Below, one piece after another: positions 7,762-14,124 of a DNA stretch of 18,196 nucleotides (within the stretch, counting starts at the first letter, position 1; each line of letters starts with the position of its first letter). Under the pieces are notes generated by a model, which was not told where the DNA came from, searched no databases, and worked only from the letters and a program-made list of their open reading frames with translations. The DNA lies in contig CBDHHL010000036.1 of assembly GCA_965263355.1 (NCBI GenBank), positions 1 to 18,196 of the forward strand. Direction: 5' to 3'. A program made the position numbers and the translations under genes. Origin of the DNA: Leptolyngbyaceae cyanobacterium. Lineage in GTDB: Bacteria > Cyanobacteriota > Cyanobacteriia > Phormidesmidales > Phormidesmidaceae.

Positions 7762-7792
7762 AATTTAGCACACACCTAATTAATTGTGTGTG
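7762..7792 (-). promoter_or_regulatory. Candidate promoter/operator of the 7731-RHH operon
   Basis: Inverted repeat CACACAC-ctaattaatt-GTGTGTG (7769-7792) abutting an extended -10-like TGcTAAATT on the minus strand. Confidence 0.5.
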
Positions 7793-7851
7793 TATATATG
7801 TACGGATAAAAAGACAAACCGCCAAGTTTTTGCACTGCGTTAATTCCATGG

Positions 7852-8109
7852 CTAAAAACCATTGAGGTAGACTTCTTCAACCATTGGGAACGCCAGCAGG
7901 CCATCTCTGGCAACAGCTTGCATGGCAACATTTAGCCATGCCTCTTGGTCGATTGACTCATGCTTTTGCTCGTCCCCCAGCGCTGTAAGCAGCCCAGTGA
8001 ACTGATAAGCAAGACCTTCAGGCATTTCAAGTTGAAGTGTTGCAGCCAGAGCCTTCACGTTCTCAACAGCCTCACTAGATGGGAACTTGAAAGAATAATT
8101 TATTTCCAT
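7852..8109 (-). CDS. Hypothetical protein, 85 aa
   Basis: Strong AAGGAG RBS, 8 nt downstream of the previous stop. Confidence 0.75.
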   Translation of the reverse strand: MEINYSFKFPSSEAVENVKALAATLQLEMPEGLAYQFTGLLTALGDEQKHESIDQEAWLNVAMQAVARDGLLAFPMVEEVYLNGF

Positions 8110-8117
8110 TTTTCTCC

Positions 8118-8408
8118 TTAATCTGCGTCTAAGACGGTGTATCCGTTTAATTGCTCTTTTTCATGGTCAGTCAGGAAACCGCCAAGTTTTTGATAAGCCT
8201 TTTGGGTTAAAAACACCCACCTAGTCGACACATGGCCGTAGTGCTCCACTGCATAAACCCCTGTGTTGCCATCGAGAAAGGTTGTCAGGTTGCAGTTTGC
8301 CGCCTTGATATCGTATTTAAGCTGCTGTAAATCACTGAGTGTTTTTACGGCTTTACAATGCTCTGCAACGGCTCCCTGGTTATTAAATACGTAGAATTTT
8401 CTTTTCAT
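8118..8408 (-). CDS. Hypothetical protein, ~96 aa
   Basis: AGGAG RBS before MKRKFYVFNN at 8408. The track start at 8462 is less likely. Confidence 0.75.
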   Translation of the reverse strand: MKRKFYVFNNQGAVAEHCKAVKTLSDLQQLKYDIKAANCNLTTFLDGNTGVYAVEHYGHVSTRWVFLTQKAYQKLGGFLTDHEKEQLNGYTVLDAD

Positions 8409-8462
8409 CGTTGTTTTTCTCCTAAGTATTTTTCTTTTCTTGACTAGTTGCGTCCAGGGCAA

Positions 8463-8732
8463 CTAATCAACATCGCCAGAGTCCTTTTCTGTCAAGCTTT
8501 TTATTGGCAATATGATTACCGCTGGACTATTATTGGACTCTTTTTCGAGCATCTTTATATATTCCAATATAGAGCCAAGTTGAGCATTAGATAGGTTCTT
8601 TTCCCTTTCGTCAATTCCCTGCCTGTTCTTTAGCCCCAGCGCCCTAGCGGCTTGCGCCTTAACAGGGACTTGTGACCTTCTCCATTCAATCAAAAGGTCT
8701 GGCAGCGCTTCGATAAACTCGCTTAATTTCAT
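8463..8732 (-). CDS. XRE/Cro-like helix-turn-helix regulator
   Basis: LLIEWRRSQVPVKAQAARALGLKNRQGIDEREKN...LGSILEYIKML fits the XRE HTH layout. The start MKLSEF at 8732 lies downstream of a good leftward promoter. Confidence 0.7.
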   Translation of the reverse strand: MKLSEFIEALPDLLIEWRRSQVPVKAQAARALGLKNRQGIDEREKNLSNAQLGSILEYIKMLEKESNNSPAVIILPIKSLTEKDSGDVD

Positions 8733-8756
8733 GTCAATTCTAGTATTTACATCTGG

Positions 8757-8785
8757 ACTATAGCAAAGCAAAATTAATCTTGCAA
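8757..8785 (-). promoter_or_regulatory. Leftward sigma70-type promoter
   Basis: Minus strand TTGCAA (8785-8780), 17 nt, TATAGT (8762-8757), with a TGn extension. Confidence 0.65.
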
Positions 8786-8801
8786 ATAGTCAATAAATTA
8801 C

Positions 8802-8830
8802 TTGACATCTGAAAAGCTATCGTTTAGCAT
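8802..8830 (+). promoter_or_regulatory. Rightward sigma70-type promoter
   Basis: TTGACA (8802-8807), 17 nt, TAGCAT (8825-8830), 24 nt upstream of the ATG at 8855. Confidence 0.7.
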
Positions 8831-8854
8831 TTGAAGTGTAATTGAGGCCGAGCA

Positions 8855-9349
8855 ATGGCAAAAGTATTTAAAGTCAAAACACAAATCCCACCTAGACAGC
8901 TTGGGCTAGTGGGCGATAGATCGTGGGAAGAATCCGAAAATCTTTTCTATGCGATTGAGTTTATCCAGGCTAAAGACCAAAAAGAAGCCATGGCGATCGC
9001 GGCTAAGTATGGAGCGATAGTTTCAGTGGAGGAAACAACCATCAAGCCGAAATCAAAAAGGCAGCAAGCCATAGAAAGCCTACTGTCTGTCAATTCGGCA
9101 CAAGAAAAAACATGGCACGAATTTGTATGTGAGTACCTAGTCCTTGTGACTGGGCTTAAGAAAAATAGAGATCTTGTAAGTGGCTACCAGCTGAAGAAAA
9201 ATAAGAAAGGATATTCAATCCGTTGGGGCGGAAGAGACATCATGCTAAATGATATGGCTGCTGACGTTGCTTATTCTTTCTGTTTGCGCCATGGACTATC
9301 GTACTTTGTGAGGGAAGCCGAAAATTATAGGATGGATTTATTAGCCTGA
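8855..9349 (+). CDS. Hypothetical protein, 164 aa
   Basis: Has a GAGG RBS and an upstream promoter. No recognisable motif. Confidence 0.8.
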   Translation: MAKVFKVKTQIPPRQLGLVGDRSWEESENLFYAIEFIQAKDQKEAMAIAAKYGAIVSVEETTIKPKSKRQQAIESLLSVNSAQEKTWHEFVCEYLVLVTGLKKNRDLVSGYQLKKNKKGYSIRWGGRDIMLNDMAADVAYSFCLRHGLSYFVREAENYRMDLLA

Positions 9350-9368
9350 TTTTTTGTCAAGAAAACAC

Positions 9369-9620
9369 ATGACATCTGAAAAGATATATAAAGCCGACGC
9401 AACAGGCGACTATCAGAACGACGTCGCCGCTTTAAGCCAGCTAAGACAAAGAGGTTTTGAGTGCGGCATTGACGTTGGAGGCTTATGGTTTCTGGCTGAG
9501 CCGACTGAACTATGGCGGGCTAAGGCAGTCTTGGATAGATACGGGCTAAAGGTTGTCGACGAAACAACCGCGAGGTTATTAGCGATGGATCGGCTTAATG
9601 AAGATCCAAGCTCAATCTAA
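9369..9620 (+). CDS. Hypothetical protein, ~83 aa
   Basis: The likely start is MTSEKIY at 9369 (track uses TTG at 9354). It converges on the secreted-protein gene. Confidence 0.65.
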   Translation: MTSEKIYKADATGDYQNDVAALSQLRQRGFECGIDVGGLWFLAEPTELWRAKAVLDRYGLKVVDETTARLLAMDRLNEDPSSI

Positions 9621-10049
9621 ACCACCCTCAACCTCACTAGTGTTGGTGCCTGGTGGCAGCCTAAACTCTATCTCAACTCTGCGCTGCCCTCGCTCGCGCC
9701 TGACCGTGTCAACACTCCATCTACGGCCATCTTGATGCACTACGTAGGGATTAACTGTAGCGCCTTCCTGCGCTGCCCTGGCAAACGTAACTCGCCCAAC
9801 TGCTTTCCCATCCTGGGCGATGCGGACAACCTGGAAAGATGCGATAGGCTGGGTTGAGGGTGGATCTTCTTCCCTGACTGGGGGCTTACTGCCACTTGCT
9901 GCGATAGTTGGCTGTGGCTCGCTGATGTTGCATATACTTTCCAGGTTTATTAGTTCCCCCTGGGCTGTAACCATGTAGCAGAAAGGGTTAGCGATCGCAG
10001 GAGTGCTAACGCCAAGGACTAAAGCAACAGGCAAAAAATATTTGAGCAT
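9612..10049 (-). CDS. Secreted/periplasmic protein of cyanobacterial type
   Basis: Sec-type signal MLKYFLPVALVLGVSTPAIA, then CYMVTAQGELINLESIC (a CxMxxxxGxxINLxxxC motif I associate with cyanobacterial hypothetical proteins), a Pro-rich linker and a beta-rich C-domain. Confidence 0.75.
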   Translation of the reverse strand: MLKYFLPVALVLGVSTPAIANPFCYMVTAQGELINLESICNISEPQPTIAASGSKPPVREEDPPSTQPIASFQVVRIAQDGKAVGRVTFARAAQEGATVNPYVVHQDGRRWSVDTVRRERGQRRVEIEFRLPPGTNTSEVEGGLD

Positions 10050-10252
10050 AGCTTGATATCTCATAAGGGCAGTATAGCTATACTTCAGTGACAGCAAACC
10101 CATCTCGGGATTAACGCCCACTTCCTCGATGACGCAATTTCATAGACTTACCTTGACTCAGCCTTACTTTATACAGGGGCTAAGCCAAAGTTCAGCAGGC
10201 TTTACGAGAGCTTCGCAGTAGTGTGAATCTGTGGTGATACTTCCCCTGAAAG

Positions 10253-10783
10253 TTATCGAATATTCAGGCCTAGCTCTCTTAGCTGCCTAGGAGTGCTGCT
10301 ACTCGCCTTCAGCGCTGCTGCTTTATCTGCATTGCTTGCTCCGTTCCACATGCGGTTCAGCTTATACTTGCCCACCTCGTAAGCTTGTCTAGCGGTTGCC
10401 AGGGAATGCGAGCCGATACTTGTTCCCCCGCCTGCGTCAATGTCTTGTTTGAGATTGCTGGCGAATGTCAGCGTTGCCAGGAAACCGCCGCCGGAAGAAT
10501 CAACCATTTGCGCCCGTGTTGGGTTGGCATAGCTAGCATTCCAGTCCATGCGGTCAAATGTTCCGTCGTTATCGAATACTCTTAAGTTTTGGCCAGACAC
10601 AATCTCGCTCATAGCCGCTGCCGCCGCATCGTTTGGCAGGGCGGAATTTAGTGTAATTTCTGAATTGGCTGCGATAGGCTCAAGTCTGCGCTCTGACTCA
10701 GCAGCCAAAAAAGTAGAGTCTGTTACGCCAGTAGCTGTTGAGCCACCCGCAGATCTGCCACCACCACCTGAACTTCTACCCAC
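10253..10783 (-). CDS. Gly/Arg-leader protein 2 (MGRSSGGGGRSAGG...), unknown function, 176 aa
   Basis: GTG start preceded by AAGGGG. It shares only its N-terminal leader with the upstream ORF. Confidence 0.8.
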   Translation of the reverse strand: MGRSSGGGGRSAGGSTATGVTDSTFLAAESERRLEPIAANSEITLNSALPNDAAAAAMSEIVSGQNLRVFDNDGTFDRMDWNASYANPTRAQMVDSSGGGFLATLTFASNLKQDIDAGGGTSIGSHSLATARQAYEVGKYKLNRMWNGASNADKAAALKASSSTPRQLRELGLNIR

Positions 10784-10865
10784 TGTAGCCCCCCCTTATA
10801 AAATCACTGTGTTCTAACTGCAAGATCCATCGTATGTAGATAAGAACTGCTTTTGCATGGACTGA
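10776..10865 (-). pseudogene. Orphan 3' fragment of a second DUF4417-type gene
   Basis: A frame with no start codon reads SVHAKAVLIYIRWILQLEHSDFIRGGYSG*, compared with ...RQWILQLEHSDFIRGNYG* in 11582..12673. Confidence 0.75.
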
Positions 10866-11633
10866 CTTAAAATTGCTCCCCTACCACATAAACTCTAACC
10901 TCAGTATTTGCTCGCCTAGCTGTGGCTACTGCAGCCGCGTCTCCAATGGGCCTGTAGCTATCTGGTCCAACCCTAACGACAGGCTGAGTGATCCATGTGG
11001 ACCCCTTATTAGATCTAATCGTTCTGGCCGCTTTATCTATCTTGGATTGCGATGCCTTCGTTCTTCCTCCAATAATTGAGCCAGGGCTTACTATTCTTTC
11101 AGTGCCTACCTCTGAAAATGATGACTGCTGGCCCCGCGCATTCCGGCCAAATCTAGGTTTCCCTTGAATTGATGCGGCTGCCTGCGCAGAAGATAAATCA
11201 TTTCTAGCAATAACTTGTACATTTATATTGTTAGCCCCCGACACCCTGCCACTCGCCAGGATTTTAGCGCTGACAGAGTCAACAGGCTCATACTTCCCCT
11301 GATTATTAATGGAAACTAATGCGGGGGTTTGGTTGAGTTCACCACGACTAAAAGCTCTGACCATCCTTGGATCAGGGCTCGCAGATCCAAGCAAGAATTG
11401 AGAGCGAAGCTCGCTTGAATCAAAAACACTCAATGCGCCAGGGCCGCCAGCACCAAATATAAATTCTTTTTCCGCAGACGTTCTCTCTTTTGGTTCCTCT
11501 GTAGGCTCCCCCAACGGGGCCTGATTAACACCACCAGCGCTTCTACCCCCGCCTGAACTTCTGCCACCTCCCCCGCTGCTTCTACCCATAATTACCCCTT
11601 ATAAAATCACTGTGTTCTAGTTGTAAAATCCAT
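10792..11633. repeat. 39-bp direct repeat pair (10792-10830 and 11595-11633; 35/39 identical, 25-bp perfect core)
   Basis: CCCCTTATAAAATCACTGTGTTCTA occurs at 10792-10816 and 11595-11619. CTTCTACCCA also occurs at 10773-10782 and 11579-11588. Confidence 0.95.
10867..11589 (-). CDS. Gly/Arg-leader protein 1 (MGRSSGGGGRSSGGGRSAGG...) with two degenerate ParB/Srx-like domains
   Basis: Its start overlaps the DUF4417 stop. The segments TPALVSINNQGKYEPVDSVSAKILASGRVSGANNINVQVI and KIDKAARTIRSNKGSTWITQPVVRVGPDSYRPIGDAAAVATARRANTEVRVYVV follow ParB-fold spacing but lack GxxR. Confidence 0.75.
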   Translation of the reverse strand: MGRSSGGGGRSSGGGRSAGGVNQAPLGEPTEEPKERTSAEKEFIFGAGGPGALSVFDSSELRSQFLLGSASPDPRMVRAFSRGELNQTPALVSINNQGKYEPVDSVSAKILASGRVSGANNINVQVIARNDLSSAQAAASIQGKPRFGRNARGQQSSFSEVGTERIVSPGSIIGGRTKASQSKIDKAARTIRSNKGSTWITQPVVRVGPDSYRPIGDAAAVATARRANTEVRVYVVGEQF

Positions 11634-12673
11634 TGCCTAGGCGCATCCTGAAATGTTGTTGGCCTTGCTCCATAGACTAACAAAACACACTCATCTGTTC
11701 CAGTGTAGTCAACAATCGCATGCCAGTCGCTCATGGTTGCGTCGTAACCGGCAACGTTGCCATCATCGAAGCTGGCAAGATATCGAGTCGCAAAGTAGCG
11801 CCATTCTTTTGGCACTCCAAGGAAATTCAGGTCATGAAGATGGGGCGACGTGTTCACATCCACCCACACCCTCACGCCTTTCTTCTGCCAATAGCGAGCT
11901 AACCATCGCTTTTTATAAATATCTGTCATGGCCAACGCTCGTGGCATATTCGCCCAGGTGGAAAAGTTTGGCTCAATTACTACGCTGCAGCCAGTCTCTA
12001 ATAAGTCGTCGGGCTTATCCCATACTGCGCTGAATTTATAGTCGTCAGTGTAGAAGTGAATGCCGCCGTCGTGCGTGGCTGTCCTCTGCTGAACCCCCCA
12101 CTTTAGCCAGTCAATATCTGTCGTATCAGGCTGCATGTTGAGATCTAGGTCTGGGATATCCCACTCATTGGAGGAGGGGAATATGTCGTTGGGTTCGGGG
12201 GATGACTCGGAGTCTTCGAGATCGCCCTCTCCATCTATCAGCTGATTAAGTTCGTTCGTTGCGCTTTCAGATAACTGTTCTATTAACTCTTCATACTCTT
12301 GGTCATCGTAGCCGGTGAATAAGCTGGAGTCTGCCTGTGCGATTTCTTCCAGTTCAGCTACTAATAATTGCAAGTCATAACCTGACTCATTAGTTTTGTT
12401 GTCTAAAACTCTAGCGGCTTTTATCGCTGCATCCGCCGACAGTGGAGATATATAGCAAGGCAACTGGGTTAATCCCATCTTGAGCCCAGCCAAGCGCCTA
12501 CCGTGGCCCTTGACGATTAGGAACTTATCGCCTTGCGGGACAACCACCAATGGAACATCAAAGCCTGACAGCTTAATTGATTCCGAGATCGCGTCTATCT
12601 GCCAGTCTGGATGCAGCTTGGCGTTATTCTCATAAGGGACCAGTAGGTTTATATCGATGTCTTGAATGTTCAT
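11582..12673 (-). CDS. ParB-like N-terminal domain + DUF4417 domain protein
   Basis: The N-terminus (LVPYENNAKLHPDWQIDAISESIKLSGFDVPLVV...IVKGHGRRLAG...DNK) is ParB/Srx-like. After an acidic linker, IHFYTDDYKF...IEPNFST...IYKKRWLARYWQKKGVRV...GVPK matches the DUF4417 pattern. Confidence 0.85.
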   Translation of the reverse strand: MNIQDIDINLLVPYENNAKLHPDWQIDAISESIKLSGFDVPLVVVPQGDKFLIVKGHGRRLAGLKMGLTQLPCYISPLSADAAIKAARVLDNKTNESGYDLQLLVAELEEIAQADSSLFTGYDDQEYEELIEQLSESATNELNQLIDGEGDLEDSESSPEPNDIFPSSNEWDIPDLDLNMQPDTTDIDWLKWGVQQRTATHDGGIHFYTDDYKFSAVWDKPDDLLETGCSVVIEPNFSTWANMPRALAMTDIYKKRWLARYWQKKGVRVWVDVNTSPHLHDLNFLGVPKEWRYFATRYLASFDDGNVAGYDATMSDWHAIVDYTGTDECVLLVYGARPTTFQDAPRQWILQLEHSDFIRGNYG

Positions 12674-14055
12674 AGGCTTCCCACCAACTCAGCTGTTTCA
12701 TTAGTCAGTTTTTCATAGCGCCTCAGAATCACCTCGCAGTACTCAGGTGATAACTCCATGCCATAAACAGTGCGATTACCTGGCATTTGTTGGGCGGCAA
12801 TGAGGGTGGTACCTGAACCCAGGAAAGCGTCAAAGACGACATCGTTGCTTCTGCTGCTGTTGCCTATTGCATATTCAACTAACTCAACAGGTTTCATCGT
12901 GGGGTGCAAATCAGACTTTAGGGGTTTGTCGAATTCCCACACAGACATTTCGGAACGGCTTTCTGTGAAGTAATGGCCGCCCCCTGGCTTCCATCCGTAA
13001 TGAATGGGCTCATGCTTTAACTGGTAATCTCCTCTGCCAAGTACGTGATTGTTTTTAACCCAGATTACTTGTGGTTTTAGCAGCCAGCCTGTTTCATGCA
13101 ACGCCATCATCATCATCATCATCAGTTCTCCACCCTGGGGAGAGCAGACGTAGTAAGGGCACCCAGGTTTTGCATTATTGAATAGCGCACTAAAACAAGG
13201 CTTCCATAAATCCTCCAAGCATTCTTCACTTTCTAGGTGATCATTTTCAATAGGAGTCTGAATGCTGTTTCCCCGTCCAACCGCATTCAGACTCCTATTT
13301 TTGTCGGCATAACTAACCCCATAGGGAGGATCTGTAAATATCAAGTCGATAAGGGCACCATTTAACAACGCCCTAACATTGCCTTCATCCGTACTATCAC
13401 CACAGGCAATCCTATGCCTGCCGCACGCCCATATCTGACCAAGCGATACACGACTCTCTATTTCACCGCCAGCAGCTTTATCAAGGTTGTCTGCCAGGGC
13501 ATCCTCATCGTCTTCTAGATCGGGTTCTTCATTGCCAATCATCTCTATCAGCAGATCCAAATCATCCCCATCCACTGTTACGGGCAACGAATCAGCCTGG
13601 GCTAATCGCTCAAGCAATTCCAAATACTCAGCAGGATTGTATAGCCCAGAGATATCCAGCGCAGTGAAAACCCCGCCCGCCATAGTGAGGCTATTATGGT
13701 CCAGGCTGTATGCCAATCCTTCGGCTTCGGTGGCACTGTTGCCCCCAACGATGCAAGGTACAGCCCAATCACCTGACTCGGTGAGCTTGATATAGGCTGG
13801 TGGCACCTCACCTTGTTGACGCAGACACAGCAGCGCTTCTAGCCTGCCGTTCCCCTCGACAACTCCACCTTTGCCATTGTTCAATGCAGCGTCTATAGCT
13901 AGTGGATCGCGAAAACCATAACGCTTAATTGAGGTGCAAATAGCACCAATATCATGCCGCTTTGCATTGCCTTCCAGAAACTTCTCTGAGAGTTCAGAAA
14001 GAAGCAGATAGTTTATGGATAACTGAAGGAGGTCGGCTGCTGCTGTGGTGACCAT
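12670..14055 (-). CDS. ParB-like domain + beta-class N6-adenine/N4-cytosine DNA methyltransferase
   Basis: The N-terminus has NAKRHD...SIKRYGFRDPLAID...VVEGNGR. The MTase has motif IV TDPPY preceding HPTMKPVEL and motif I DAFLGSGTT, plus GMELSPEYC. Confidence 0.93.
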   Translation of the reverse strand: MVTTAAADLLQLSINYLLLSELSEKFLEGNAKRHDIGAICTSIKRYGFRDPLAIDAALNNGKGGVVEGNGRLEALLCLRQQGEVPPAYIKLTESGDWAVPCIVGGNSATEAEGLAYSLDHNSLTMAGGVFTALDISGLYNPAEYLELLERLAQADSLPVTVDGDDLDLLIEMIGNEEPDLEDDEDALADNLDKAAGGEIESRVSLGQIWACGRHRIACGDSTDEGNVRALLNGALIDLIFTDPPYGVSYADKNRSLNAVGRGNSIQTPIENDHLESEECLEDLWKPCFSALFNNAKPGCPYYVCSPQGGELMMMMMMALHETGWLLKPQVIWVKNNHVLGRGDYQLKHEPIHYGWKPGGGHYFTESRSEMSVWEFDKPLKSDLHPTMKPVELVEYAIGNSSRSNDVVFDAFLGSGTTLIAAQQMPGNRTVYGMELSPEYCEVILRRYEKLTNETAELVGSL

Positions 14056-14124
14056 GGCGGCGATTTGCTAGGATTCTAGTATATAGTAGCAAGTACTTTG
14101 CTTGTACCTTATCTGTACTTCAAC

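Noticed and set aside
8440..8470. 12-bp hairpin TTGACTAGTTGC-N7-GCAACTAATCAA as a terminator
   Set aside because: The stem is real, but no U-tract follows it in either direction, so it is not called as a terminator. It may be a processing or stability stem.
10120..10250. Possible tRNA or self-cleaving ribozyme in the intergenic region
   Set aside because: I found no T-arm/cloverleaf or hammerhead core motifs by eye.
10773..11633. Direct repeats as a CRISPR mini-array, DGR TR/VR pair or att sites
   Set aside because: There are only two copies, 803 bp apart. The differences are synonymous rather than adenine-specific, and no cas, reverse transcriptase or integrase gene is in the window.
12670..14055. 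Methyltransferase as part of a restriction-modification or phase-variable system
   Set aside because: No adjacent endonuclease is present, the ParB fusion next to terS is typical of orphan phage MTases, and the only simple repeat is an in-frame triplet.
11582..14055. ParB domains as a partitioning (ParABS) system
   Set aside because: There is no ParA, and the domains lack the HTH and dimerisation parts and are fused to enzymes.
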